DNA of 64,000 bases from an uncultured Planctomycetaceae bacterium (GCA_964619675.1 CAZUEO010000005.1:15162-79161), one strand, 5' to 3'; shown: positions 18,976-28,982, counted from the stretch's first letter. A program made the numbers and translations. The notes: generated from the sequence alone by a model not told the origin.

Positions 18976-19830
18976 TTAAGATTTTCGCCGCAGTCCGTTT
19001 GCGACCTTCACCACATCGACCATTTGTGCGACATCGTGAACCCTGACGATTGAAACCCCTGCTGCCGTTGCCAGCGCAACCGCAGCAGCCGTGCCGAATA
19101 TCCTTTCCTTAGGCTCTTTTTTGCCCGTCAAAGCGCCGATAAAAGCCTTTCTGCTTGTGCCGAGCAGAACTTTATAACCACTGTTTACAAAAACATTAAT
19201 ATTGCGCAAAAGTTCCAGATTATGCTCCAGCGTCTTACCGAACCCGATACCCGGGTCAATGAATATTTTTTCTTTCTCAACTCCCGTCTTTTGAGCAGCC
19301 TTGGCTCTCTGAAGCAAATAATTAAGCACCTGGCGGACAACGTCTTTATACTTCGGCTCGATTTGCATTGTGGCCGGCTCGCCCTGAATGTGCATTAGTA
19401 TTACAGGCACTTTTTTTTCCGCAGCGAGCTGCGCCGTCCTTTTATCGCTTAGTGCGGTTATGTCATTTATTATCGCTGCGCCGCCGTCAAGAGCGGCTTT
19501 TGTAACTTCATAGTTTTTACTGTCGATGCTTATGGGAATTTTTACTTCTGCCGCGAGCTTTTCAATAACGGGTATCGCTCTTTCTATTTGCTCTTTTATA
19601 CTGACCGGCTTTGAGCCGGGGCGCGTGGATTCTGCGCCGACATCAATTATTGCTGCTCCCTGCTGTGCCATCCCAATGCCGTGCTCTACGGCCTTTTGTG
19701 TATCGAGAAAATCGCCCCCGTCGCTGAATGAATCGCTCGTTACATTCAAAACGCCCATAACAATACAGCCGTCAGAAAAATCAAGCTTTCCGCCAGGCCA
19801 GATTAAAATGTCGCGAGTTTTATCCTGCAA
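18976..19830 (-). CDS. folP: Dihydropteroate synthase
   Basis: The pterin-binding domain shows GVLNVTSDSFSDGG, IIDVGAESTRPG and DPGIGFGK. Confidence 0.92.
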   Translation of the reverse strand: MQDKTRDILIWPGGKLDFSDGCIVMGVLNVTSDSFSDGGDFLDTQKAVEHGIGMAQQGAAIIDVGAESTRPGSKPVSIKEQIERAIPVIEKLAAEVKIPISIDSKNYEVTKAALDGGAAIINDITALSDKRTAQLAAEKKVPVILMHIQGEPATMQIEPKYKDVVRQVLNYLLQRAKAAQKTGVEKEKIFIDPGIGFGKTLEHNLELLRNINVFVNSGYKVLLGTSRKAFIGALTGKKEPKERIFGTAAAVALATAAGVSIVRVHDVAQMVDVVKVANGLRRKS

Positions 19831-20953
19831 TTTTGAAGCCTAAACTATCAAAAACCTTTTTGAGTTTCTCATCGTTAACGGAAATAACTGTGTTCTGAAA
19901 TTCCCTGCGGACGGGATAATTTTTCCGCAAGGCGTCAAAATACGCCCTGCGATTTTCATCCTGCTGTCTTATTATCTGCCGCAATTTCTCATCGTCCTTT
20001 TTTATGTCGTAAAGTGTATTCACAGCTGCTGACAGCGACATATCAACAATCCGCTCGACATCTGCTTTAGGCAGAAAGTCTCTGGTTGCAAATCTCGGTT
20101 TAATCCCGAAATGTTTGCAGAAAGCATCATAAATCATAATCATCCCTGCTGCCTTGCCGTCGTAGGAATAGCCTGCGATATGAGGTGTTCCAAAATCGAC
20201 CATTTTCACAAGTTCAGTATCAATATTTGGCTCATTTTCCCAGACGTCTAAAACGCAAGCCTTTATTTTGCCGCTGCTTATGGCCTTTTTCAGGGCCGGG
20301 CTATCGTGCACCCTGCCGCGGGAGGTATTGATAAAAATTGCGCCGGTTTTTAAGGATTCGAAAAATTTTTCATCGGCCAGATGATAAGTTTTATCTTTTC
20401 CTTCAAGCGTCAGGGGTGTATGAAGCGTAACAATATCGCAGTCGAAAATTTCCTTTATAGGCCGGTATTTTTCATCACCTGTTTTTCTTTTCAGGGGCGG
20501 GTCATTTAAAACGGTCTTTATTCCGAGTGCCTTGGTCTTTTTTTCAACCCTGCTTCCGACATTGCCGACGCCGACAATGCCGATTGATTTTTCAGCCAAT
20601 TCAAAGTTGTATTTGTCGGCCAGATTTAAAAGCGCAGAGACCATATATTCAGCCACTGAGTTTGCGTTTGAGCCGGGCGCCGATGCAAAGCCGATTTTTT
20701 TTGCGGCGAGGTAATCAATGTTAACGTGCTCAAATCCGATTGTTGCCGTGCCGACAAATTTTACATTTGTGCCGTCGAGCAGTTCTCTGCCGACTTTCGT
20801 TATGCTGCGGACCAAAAGCGCATCGGCGTCTTTTAGAAGGCCCTGTGTAATTTTCCTGCCGCTTGCAGTTAAAACGTCCCCTGCCGAGCTGAAGCATTCT
20901 TTTGCAAAAGGTATATTTTCATCCGCAACAATCTTCATTAAACCTGCTTTCAA
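19820..20953 (-). CDS. pdxB: 4-phosphoerythronate dehydrogenase
   Basis: The MKIVADENIPFAKECF N-terminus is typical of PdxB. A D-2-hydroxyacid dehydrogenase NAD fold (GIVGVGNVGSRV) and a PdxB-type C-terminal dimerisation domain are present. Confidence 0.85.
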   Translation of the reverse strand: MKAGLMKIVADENIPFAKECFSSAGDVLTASGRKITQGLLKDADALLVRSITKVGRELLDGTNVKFVGTATIGFEHVNIDYLAAKKIGFASAPGSNANSVAEYMVSALLNLADKYNFELAEKSIGIVGVGNVGSRVEKKTKALGIKTVLNDPPLKRKTGDEKYRPIKEIFDCDIVTLHTPLTLEGKDKTYHLADEKFFESLKTGAIFINTSRGRVHDSPALKKAISSGKIKACVLDVWENEPNIDTELVKMVDFGTPHIAGYSYDGKAAGMIMIYDAFCKHFGIKPRFATRDFLPKADVERIVDMSLSAAVNTLYDIKKDDEKLRQIIRQQDENRRAYFDALRKNYPVRREFQNTVISVNDEKLKKVFDSLGFKIAG

Positions 20954-21029
20954 AGCTTTAAGTTATTATATATAATAAAAGCCTTGATACAATAGAGTTT
21001 TGATGCAGATGATAAAGGTAAATACCCGT

Positions 21030-22142
21030 TTAAGCTGGAACACGCTTTTCTGCTGCAAGCGATAAACTTAATTCTTCAACCAGTTTCTCCACAAGCTTTT
21101 TTACAGGTATGATTTCATTGCACTTGCCGGCATTTGAGCCGGCGAATGCGAAAGATTCGTCCATTTTGCCCTTTGCTGCGTTTGCCAGAACCTTCGCTAT
21201 GCAATATGGAGCCTTTTCAGGCTCACAGGTCCTAAGACACTTATAATTGCATTCGAAGGGCACAGTTTTGCCCTGCTTGATTTTCTCCACAAAACTGTTG
21301 TTTATAACTCTGCCCGGCAGGCCCACAGGGCTTTTGATGATTGTTATATCCCCCGCTTTGGCGTTTAAATAAGCCTGCTTAAAGTTGGGGTGAACATCGC
21401 ACTCATCCGTACAGACAAAACGCGTTGCCATCTGAACTCCTGAGACGCCTAATCTAAGGAAACGGGCAATATCTTCGCCGTCGAAAATTCCGCCCGCCGC
21501 AATTACTGGTATGATAGGCTCGAAAGAATTGGCTACGATAATTACATCCTCGACTATTTGCTCAAGAGTAAGAGCCGTATTTCCCGTTACGCTCTCGTAA
21601 GAATACCCTAAATGACCGCCTGCGTGAACGCCTTCCACAATCACGGCGTCGGGAAGTTTGTTGAAATGACTTTGCCATCTTCTGCAAATGATTTGAAAAG
21701 CTCTCGATGAGGAAATAATCGGAATCAGTTTAATATCTTTTCCGTTAAGGAATTTCGGCAAGTCCAGCGGCAGACCGGCTCCGGCAATTATCATATCAAC
21801 GTTTTCTTCAACCGCGGTTTTCACGAGATTTTCATAATCAGTAAGGGCAACCATTACATTGACACCGATTATCCCCTTGGTAAGGCTTCTGGCCTTTCTG
21901 ATTTCACCTCTCAAGGACTCGCTGTTAAAAACTAATAAATTGGTGCCCTGGAAATCCTCAAACATTCCAATCCCCGTACCGGCAATAATTCCTGCGCATC
22001 CGGTGTTTGCAGCAGCAGCAGCAAGTTTTGCCCCCGATACCCTGATGCCCATCCCGCCCTGTATTATAGGCGGGTTGATTGTTAAATTACCTATCTTCAA
22101 AACCGGTACGCTGTTTGCATACATAAGTGCCTCATTTAACAA
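21030..22142 (-). CDS. NAD(P)H-dependent flavin oxidoreductase of the nitronate monooxygenase / FabK-like enoyl-ACP reductase family
   Basis: PIIQGGMGIRVSGAKLAAAAANTGCAGII and AAGGIFDG are present, consistent with an FMN TIM-barrel family. Confidence 0.75.
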   Translation of the reverse strand: MLNEALMYANSVPVLKIGNLTINPPIIQGGMGIRVSGAKLAAAAANTGCAGIIAGTGIGMFEDFQGTNLLVFNSESLRGEIRKARSLTKGIIGVNVMVALTDYENLVKTAVEENVDMIIAGAGLPLDLPKFLNGKDIKLIPIISSSRAFQIICRRWQSHFNKLPDAVIVEGVHAGGHLGYSYESVTGNTALTLEQIVEDVIIVANSFEPIIPVIAAGGIFDGEDIARFLRLGVSGVQMATRFVCTDECDVHPNFKQAYLNAKAGDITIIKSPVGLPGRVINNSFVEKIKQGKTVPFECNYKCLRTCEPEKAPYCIAKVLANAAKGKMDESFAFAGSNAGKCNEIIPVKKLVEKLVEELSLSLAAEKRVPA

Positions 22143-22309
22143 AAGTTAGTACTAATAGGAGAAGTGTCGTTAAAGATGGTTGAGTATCGAAGTTTATATT
22201 ATTGTCAGGCGAATTTGTTTTTCAACGCCCCGTTATGCGACAATTCTGATTTAATACATATTACAGACTATAATATTATTATTACGACTTGTAAACAACA
22301 AATATTTTT

Positions 22310-23344
22310 TTAACCGCTAAGTTTAAAACCTGCAATTTTTTCATTGCAGTCGGGGCAATGACCGTTTTTGATTTTGTTTTTCGTCACATAAAAGCCTTTA
22401 CGTTCAACCAGCAATTGTTGACATTTTGGACAATAAGTATTTTCTCCCTTCGTTGTTTGCAGATTGCCGATGTAAATATAGCGCAGGCCTGCTGCCTTTG
22501 CGATTATCTCAGCCTTCTGAAGTGTGGACAGCGGCGTTGGCTGCGAATCGGAGAATTTATACTGCGGCCAGAATCTGCTGATGTGCCAGGGAACATCGGT
22601 GCCGCAGGTATTGATGAGAAATTCTGCAATTTTTTTCAGTTCCTCATCCGAATCGTTCTGTCCCGGCACAACGAGAGTAGTTACTTCCATCCATATCTTT
22701 GTGTGGTTGGCGATGTAATCAATCGTTTCAAGCACAGGTTTTAGTTTTGCCTTGCAGAGATTCTTATAGTAATCTTCGCTGAAGGATTTTAAATCGATAT
22801 TTATACCGTCGAGCCAGTCTGCCGCAAAATCGATTGCCTCTTTTGTCATATAGCCGTTTGAAACAAAGACGTTGGCAAGACCTTTCTGTTTTGCAAGTCT
22901 GCCGCAGTCGGCCGCAAGCTCCATAAATATCGTCGGCTCGGTATATGTGTATGCAATGCTCCTGCAGTCCGTTTTTAGTGCAAACTCTACAACCCTCGCA
23001 GGCTCAAGCGGCTGTCCCTCGATTTTGCCCTCGTCTTTTGCTATCTGGCTTATATGCCAGTTCTGGCAGAAGGCGCACTGGAAATTGCAGCCGGGCGCAG
23101 CTATGGAAAAACTTTTGCTGCCGGGCTGGAAATGAAAGAGCGGCTTTTTTTCAATCGGGTCGGGATTGGCTGCGCATAACGAATAATAATTAAGTGAATA
23201 CAATTTCCCGTCAACGTTTTTGCGAACGCAGCAATGTCCTAAAGAACCATCGTTTATCAGGCATCGCCAGTTGCAAAGGCCGCACTGCACCTTTTTATCG
23301 TCAAGAGGCTGATATAAAACGGCTTCTTTTAATTTGTCCGCCAT
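22310..23344 (-). CDS. AmmeMemoRadiSam-system radical SAM enzyme
   Basis: An N-terminal CGLCNWRC...GHC motif, DPIEKKPLFHF and the radical-SAM motif GCNFQCAFCQNW are present, with a C-terminal Cys pair. Confidence 0.8.
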   Translation of the reverse strand: MADKLKEAVLYQPLDDKKVQCGLCNWRCLINDGSLGHCCVRKNVDGKLYSLNYYSLCAANPDPIEKKPLFHFQPGSKSFSIAAPGCNFQCAFCQNWHISQIAKDEGKIEGQPLEPARVVEFALKTDCRSIAYTYTEPTIFMELAADCGRLAKQKGLANVFVSNGYMTKEAIDFAADWLDGINIDLKSFSEDYYKNLCKAKLKPVLETIDYIANHTKIWMEVTTLVVPGQNDSDEELKKIAEFLINTCGTDVPWHISRFWPQYKFSDSQPTPLSTLQKAEIIAKAAGLRYIYIGNLQTTKGENTYCPKCQQLLVERKGFYVTKNKIKNGHCPDCNEKIAGFKLSG

Positions 23345-23351
23345 ACTATTA

Positions 23352-26282
23352 TTATAACAGGCCGCAGGCCTTGGCCAAGATTTTAATCGGGTGTTCGACT
23401 TTTTTGCCGGTTATATGTTCAATCTGCATTTTGCAGGTTGAGCATTCTGTTAAAACGACATCTGCTCCTGATTTTTCTATTTTTTCTGCCAGTTTCCTGC
23501 CGATTTGCATTGAAAGCTCGTAATTTTTCTTTTGCATCCCGAACGTGCCCGCTATCCCGCAGCATCCGCCGTCAAGCTCTTTTACGTCAATCCCCGCAAG
23601 CTCTTTTAAAACCTTTATTGACGTGGGTTTATCTCCCAATGCAAGAAGATGGCAGGGCGTATGATGAACAAAAACGTTACCGTTTAGCCGTCGCCGGAAC
23701 GGCGATGAGTCATTCCCGCGTAAGCAGGAATCCAGTTTATTTTGGTTCATTAAGTTTTTCAGATATTCAAAAAGCTCATACGTATTTTCCGAAACCATCT
23801 TTGCTTCACTGCTATCTATAAAAAACCGCAAATCTTCTTTAAGACACAAGGCCGCGCTAGGCTCGGAGCAGACAATTTTATAACCCTGCCTTACGGCCTC
23901 GGACAGAGATTGAACATTATATTCTAAATCTTTTTTACTTGTTTTTATGTCGCCGTAAACAATGGCAGGTAGCGGCGCAGGCCTTTGTTTGGGAATAGTT
24001 ACATCGATATTATTGAATCTTAAAAATTTTATAACGGCAAAGCCAAGTTCGTGGTCGTTATAATTAACAAAGGTATCCGTAAAATACGCAACCTTATCGA
24101 CAGGGTTTTGTAATTTAGGCTGCTCTGCTAAATATTTGTTTGCTTTTCTTATAAAAGTCGAGAAGCCGAATTTCGGCATTTTTCTTCTTTTATCTATGCC
24201 TGTTAAAATTTGCATAATCCATCTGGCAGGCGCAAGGCTCATAAAAATATTGCTCAGCGGCGCAAAAGCAGAGGCGAGCATACTCATATAGCGGTTGGAA
24301 GCCAAAATCTTTGCTGTGCGGCTCTTTGTCAATTTCGTGCGGACTTCCATCATCATTTTTGGAACATCCACACCCGAAGGGCAATCAATCACGCAAGCCC
24401 TGCAATTCAGGCAGGTTGCGAGAATTTCTCTGAATTTCTTCGATTCTAAATCCTGCTCTGTCAGAATTCCCTTTGCCCAGGCGCTGAGCAGATTTGCTCT
24501 TGCGCGAGAAGAAAACATCTCATCTCCTGTTGCACGAAACACAGGACACATCCGCAAGCCCTCTTCATTACTTCGGCAAACCCCGCAGCCGCTGCATTGA
24601 ACAAGCTCAAACTTAAATTCGTCAGGCTTAAAATTAAGTTTTGTCTTTACTCTCTCGTCGATAATTTTATTTTTGCCGCGCAGGTCCTGTGTCATTATAT
24701 CGGTTCTGTCGCTGATGATTTTGCCCGGGTTGAGAATATTCGAAGGGTCAAAGATTTTCTTTATCTGTCTTAAAATTTCATAATATTCATTGCCGAACTG
24801 TTTCCTGATAAATGCCGCTCGCACCAGGCCGTCGGCATGTTCGCCGCTTATCGAGCCGCCCAGCGACCAGGCAAGCGAGAAAACCTCATCGGCTATCTGT
24901 GTCATTTTTTTAACATCGTCGGGCTTTGACAAATCCAGATAAGGCCTTATATGCAGTTCGCCGTCGCCCGCATGGCCGTAATAGGCCATATCAACTTCGT
25001 ATTTTCTGCCGATTTTCTCAAGCCCCCTCACATAGTCGGCCAGCCTCGTATTCTCAACGGAAACATCCTCAACGAAGGCAACAGGCTGTTTCAAGCCCTT
25101 TACCCTGCTTAAAAGCGGCACCGCATCCTTTCGGCATTTCCACAACCTCTTTTGCACGGCAGGCTCGAAGATGGTTGTCTTGTTGAACGCAAGAGAACTG
25201 ACCGCCAAAATAGTTTTTCCAATTTTGTCTTTAACTTCCGGCACCGTCTGGCCTGAATGCTCGACAAGCAGACTTGCAGCCGAGACAGGATTGAGAATAT
25301 TGCGATACTGCTCGAAGGCGTCTCTTGCGATTTTAATCAGTCTGCTGTCCATCAGCTCGCAGGCGTCGGCGCCGCAATTGACAATCAGCGGCACTGCTTT
25401 AGCCGTTTTCTCAAGCGAATCGAATTCAAACTGCACTACTGCTTTGACCTGCTCCGCATCAACCGTCCGCAGCGTAATTTCAGTAAAAACCGCCAGTGTG
25501 CCTTCAGAACCTGCGAGAAGTTTGGCCATATCAATTTTGTTGCCCTGAACAATCTCTGCGATATTGTATCCGCTGTGGCTGCGTTTTGTTTTCGGCTGAG
25601 CCTTTTCAATAATCGAAGCATTTGAATTCAGCAGTTCAAAACATTTTTGCGAAATGGTTAGCCCCAACCCCTGTGGTCGGGAGTTTAGCTCAACATTATT
25701 TACAAATTCAGCAGCCGTACCGTCCGCAAGAACCGCCTTTATTTTTTCAACATACTGGGCGATGTAACCATATTTTAGTGAGTGTGAACCGGTAGCGTTA
25801 TTTGCGACAACGCCGCCTGCTGTAGCGCGGTTGCTGCTTGACGGGTCCGGCCCGATTTTTTTGCCGAACTTCGCAAGGAAACTATTAACCTCGTCAAGCA
25901 CAACGCCCGGCTGGCAGACTACAGTGCTTACATCGGTGCTTGCGCCGATAATCTTGTTCATATAGCGGGTCGTATCGAGCATAATGCCGCTCGTTAGCGA
26001 CTCTCCCGCAAGGCCGCTGCCCGCCCCGCGAGCAACGACAGGTATATTATTGCGATAAGCGTATCTTACAACAATAGCAACGTCGTCTTCATTTTTGGGC
26101 GCAACGACGCAAAGCGGGATTATCTGGTAAATGCTCGCATCGGTGCTGAACGCCGCGCGCGTAAAAATATCAGCCAAACAATCGCCCGCTATCAATTGCG
26201 AAATTTCTTTGGCAATCTGCTGCGGTGCTGAAGAACTTTTGACAGGTCTGTTCATTTGACTTTCATTATAGTTTATTTTCAT
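23352..26282 (-). CDS. YdiJ-like FAD-linked oxidase fused to 4Fe-4S and CCG (GlcF/HdrD-like) domains
   Basis: The N-terminal FAD_binding_4 region (RGAGSGLAGES), two ferredoxin-type Cys clusters (CSGCGVCRS, CLNCRACVIDCP) and a C-terminal CCGIAGTFG motif are present. The protein is 976 aa. Confidence 0.85.
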   Translation of the reverse strand: MKINYNESQMNRPVKSSSAPQQIAKEISQLIAGDCLADIFTRAAFSTDASIYQIIPLCVVAPKNEDDVAIVVRYAYRNNIPVVARGAGSGLAGESLTSGIMLDTTRYMNKIIGASTDVSTVVCQPGVVLDEVNSFLAKFGKKIGPDPSSSNRATAGGVVANNATGSHSLKYGYIAQYVEKIKAVLADGTAAEFVNNVELNSRPQGLGLTISQKCFELLNSNASIIEKAQPKTKRSHSGYNIAEIVQGNKIDMAKLLAGSEGTLAVFTEITLRTVDAEQVKAVVQFEFDSLEKTAKAVPLIVNCGADACELMDSRLIKIARDAFEQYRNILNPVSAASLLVEHSGQTVPEVKDKIGKTILAVSSLAFNKTTIFEPAVQKRLWKCRKDAVPLLSRVKGLKQPVAFVEDVSVENTRLADYVRGLEKIGRKYEVDMAYYGHAGDGELHIRPYLDLSKPDDVKKMTQIADEVFSLAWSLGGSISGEHADGLVRAAFIRKQFGNEYYEILRQIKKIFDPSNILNPGKIISDRTDIMTQDLRGKNKIIDERVKTKLNFKPDEFKFELVQCSGCGVCRSNEEGLRMCPVFRATGDEMFSSRARANLLSAWAKGILTEQDLESKKFREILATCLNCRACVIDCPSGVDVPKMMMEVRTKLTKSRTAKILASNRYMSMLASAFAPLSNIFMSLAPARWIMQILTGIDKRRKMPKFGFSTFIRKANKYLAEQPKLQNPVDKVAYFTDTFVNYNDHELGFAVIKFLRFNNIDVTIPKQRPAPLPAIVYGDIKTSKKDLEYNVQSLSEAVRQGYKIVCSEPSAALCLKEDLRFFIDSSEAKMVSENTYELFEYLKNLMNQNKLDSCLRGNDSSPFRRRLNGNVFVHHTPCHLLALGDKPTSIKVLKELAGIDVKELDGGCCGIAGTFGMQKKNYELSMQIGRKLAEKIEKSGADVVLTECSTCKMQIEHITGKKVEHPIKILAKACGLL

Positions 26283-26916
26283 TATTTTGTCTATGCCTGC
26301 GGCGCGGCTTTTCTGCCCTGCTTCTCAAATCCTCCTGCAGCAGATAGCTTCTGAATGGCTCATTTTTGAAACACGGGAAGTTCAGCGGCGCGTATTCTTC
26401 TTCCTGCTGCTGCAGCACAAATTTATCGCGTGCCATAGCCGCGACGATTCGGTTATGCGGGCTGTCAGGCAGTTGGAATGATAATTGTTTGCCGCCGCTT
26501 AGCTGATATGTTGCCTGGCAGTATTTTCCACACTTCCTGTTCTTTAGGCAGACACCGATAAATCCTGTTCCGTTTTTGCATTTCTTATTCAGGTTATTTT
26601 GTCTTTTGGTTACAATCCGCAGATTTTCTCTTCGGTTATCAAGCGGGTCTCTGTTCCTGTGGTCGACGAGCTGGCCTTCTTTGGCATTCATTACGAACCG
26701 TGAAAGCCGCAGGTGCCTTTGTGGCGGTTTATCTCCGACGATAATTACCGGATAGCCTTCGCTTGCGATTTGGATTGTCTTGATATCGCCGTTGTATTTT
26801 CTGTAAGGCGGTTCGTGTCGGGTGCTGAAAATTTTGTAATAGATATCCGCATCGACTTTTACGAGTCGGCCTCTGACTTTGAACATCAGGTAATCGATTT
26901 TGCATTTAGTTGCCAT
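26266..26916 (-). CDS. Free-standing HNH endonuclease with a C-terminal AP2-like DNA-binding domain
   Basis: VDHRNRDPLDNRRENLRIVTKRQNNLN is an HNH_3 motif, followed by GFIGVCLKN..KYCQATYQL..FQLP (AP2-like). The ATG at 26916 is preceded by GGAGAG, and the upstream 28 codons of the tracked ORF were rejected. Confidence 0.75.
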   Translation of the reverse strand: MATKCKIDYLMFKVRGRLVKVDADIYYKIFSTRHEPPYRKYNGDIKTIQIASEGYPVIIVGDKPPQRHLRLSRFVMNAKEGQLVDHRNRDPLDNRRENLRIVTKRQNNLNKKCKNGTGFIGVCLKNRKCGKYCQATYQLSGGKQLSFQLPDSPHNRIVAAMARDKFVLQQQEEEYAPLNFPCFKNEPFRSYLLQEDLRSRAEKPRRRHRQNNENKL

Positions 26917-27004
26917 ACGTTCTCTCCAAATGTCGAATTCAAAAAATTTTAAATATTGAATTTTACATCTTAAATTAGTTATTTGCTTGCCAAATAACAC
27001 AGCT

Positions 27005-27033
27005 ATTTTACTATATTATCTAACAAAAGTCAA
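27005..27033 (-). promoter_or_regulatory. Sigma70-like promoter candidate for the HNH / YdiJ-like transcription unit
   Basis: On the minus strand, TTGACT (27033-27028), a 17-nt spacer and TAAAAT (27010-27005) lie about 90 nt upstream of the ATG at 26916. Confidence 0.45.
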
Positions 27034-27287
27034 GGGAAAATGATACTTTTTTTTAAAAAAAGTGTCATCCCGAGCGCGGTCAAAGGGTCTATATTCCTCT
27101 AAAAATGCGGATTTACATAGTTTGCCAGCCGCCAAAGGCATTGCATCATAGCGTAGGTGAGAAAATCCGGGTAATCTGTGTTTAAGAGTTAATACGCAAC
27201 CGTCTTACGTCATACGAAACGAGCAGCGCCCGTCTCGACGCGGTGTCGAGCCGCGGCGGGCAACCGCGACCTTTTGACGATTTCCCC

Positions 27288-28139
27288 TTATTTTTTACCG
27301 TCGTCCCTTATATCTTCGAATGAAACCTGCAGTCCCTGCAGGTCTGTTACGCTTATTTCTCCTTTGATAAACTGCCGAACAGCGGGCAGTGTGCTGTTTT
27401 TGATTGTTTCTGCGTTGCCGTCAACGATTACTTTGCCGTTATGCAGCATTATAATCCGGTCTGCTATCTTATATGCGCTGTTCATATCGTGTGTAACCAC
27501 TATGGTTGTAACGCCGAGCTCTTTTCTCAGTTTCAAAATCAGTTCGTTAATAATATCCGCTCTTACAGGGTCAAGTCCCGTTGTCGGCTCATCGTAGAGG
27601 ATAACTTCCGGATTCAGTGCGATTGCCCTTGCAAGTGCGACCCTTTTTTTCTGTCCGCCGGAGAGCCTTGCCGGATAATAATTTTGAAAGCCGTCCATTC
27701 CCATCATTGCAAGCTTGGTCCTGACAATCTCGTCGAGCTTTTTATGGTCTTTGATATGCTGCTGCTGCTCGACCGGGAAGATGATATTTTCATAAACGGT
27801 CATACTGTCGAACAGTGCCCCGCTTTGGAACAGAAAGCCCATCTGCGTGCGGATATCGCCGAGTTTGCTCTCAGGCAGGTTATCGATTCGCTGACCGTGA
27901 AAATAGACTTCCCCTGAGCCAGGCCGCAGTAGTACTATTATATGTTTTATGAGTACGGTTTTTCCGCATCCGCTTGGCCCGATTATAGCGGTAGTCTTGC
28001 CCTTTTCGAAGGCAAGCGAGATATCGTTAAGCACGACATTTTTTCCGAACCTTTTGACAAGGTTTTTAAGAACGATTATTCTATCGCCTGACCGCCTTTG
28101 GCGGACCTCGCTTTGAGCGGGTTTTATTTCCTTTTCCAT
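27288..28139 (-). CDS. mlaF: ABC transporter ATP-binding protein, MlaF/Ttg2A-like
   Basis: Walker A GPSGCGKT, signature LSGGQKKRVALARA and Walker B ILYDEPTTGLD are present. Its partner permease is at 34970-35806. Confidence 0.8.
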   Translation of the reverse strand: MEKEIKPAQSEVRQRRSGDRIIVLKNLVKRFGKNVVLNDISLAFEKGKTTAIIGPSGCGKTVLIKHIIVLLRPGSGEVYFHGQRIDNLPESKLGDIRTQMGFLFQSGALFDSMTVYENIIFPVEQQQHIKDHKKLDEIVRTKLAMMGMDGFQNYYPARLSGGQKKRVALARAIALNPEVILYDEPTTGLDPVRADIINELILKLRKELGVTTIVVTHDMNSAYKIADRIIMLHNGKVIVDGNAETIKNSTLPAVRQFIKGEISVTDLQGLQVSFEDIRDDGKK

Positions 28140-28151
28140 TTCAACCTTATT

Positions 28152-28982
28152 TTATTTATTGCCTTTAAAAAGTTTTTTGTTTTCAGGCCGCTGCAGATAG
28201 TTTTGTCTCGAAATTACTCTTTTACTGGACTTTGATTCAAGGTCTTTGCGTGCCTTTCCTGCAACATCGCCTCCTTCGACAGCGGCTTGCTTATTTTCGT
28301 CAAATCTCTGTGCATCGCGATTTCTGGTTATTTCTGTTGTGGCCGCCTCACCAAGCATAGAAAAAATTAGCTCGAGGTCTGTCATATGATCTCGCAGATT
28401 TTCGCGGTCAAGTCCTTTAAGTTTCTTATATTCGCCTGGCGTTAAACCAAAAGCCGCTTTCGATATTTCCGCGGTTAATATCCCATATTCTGTTTGTTCC
28501 TTAACGCCCCGGGTCTTCCATTCGTCGGTAAGTTCTTCCCGAACAGCTATCCCCCGCATACGTTTTTCTATCCAGTTATCGGAGTATCCCTTGGCCTTGT
28601 AAAGTGCGCGGGTTCTTTTTGTCGCCAGTTCCGGGTCTTCAATTTCCCGGATGCGTTCATAACCGACCCTTGCCAGCCAGCGTTTAAAAGGCTCTGCTTT
28701 GGGGCTTGGTATTGACTGAATTATGCGGAAAATACCTTCCGTATCGGCACAATTTACCTTCTGTGGGCCGCCGTCGGTATCTATCAAAAGGGTATGTACA
28801 AATTGTACCCATCCTTTGGATAGCTGTGGGTCTCGTTTCCGCATTTTATTGATGTATTGTTTTGGGTCATTGGAATCAGTCAGCGCAAAAACGACATCTT
28901 CGACAACGAACCACCATTCGTCTTTATGAATAGTTTTTCTTATTTCCTTGCCTTTGAATACTGCTATTTTTGTCGTTTCCAT
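28152..28982 (-). CDS. Bro-N domain protein (DinD-like, 276 aa)
   Basis: The N-terminal Bro-N-like region is FKGKEIRKTIHKDEWWFVVEDVVFAL. The C-terminal region has a DinD-like length and pattern (LRDHMTDLELIFSMLGEAATTEI). Confidence 0.65.
   Translation of the reverse strand: METTKIAVFKGKEIRKTIHKDEWWFVVEDVVFALTDSNDPKQYINKMRKRDPQLSKGWVQFVHTLLIDTDGGPQKVNCADTEGIFRIIQSIPSPKAEPFKRWLARVGYERIREIEDPELATKRTRALYKAKGYSDNWIEKRMRGIAVREELTDEWKTRGVKEQTEYGILTAEISKAAFGLTPGEYKKLKGLDRENLRDHMTDLELIFSMLGEAATTEITRNRDAQRFDENKQAAVEGGDVAGKARKDLESKSSKRVISRQNYLQRPENKKLFKGNK

Noticed and set aside
15489-19046. Long plus-strand ORFs (15489-16049, 16959-17909, 17803-18288, 18285-19046) inside the 1456-aa gene
   Set aside because: They are antisense shadows of a gene with strong domain evidence. 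Their translations are low-complexity (Arg/Cys/Phe-rich) and carry no motifs.
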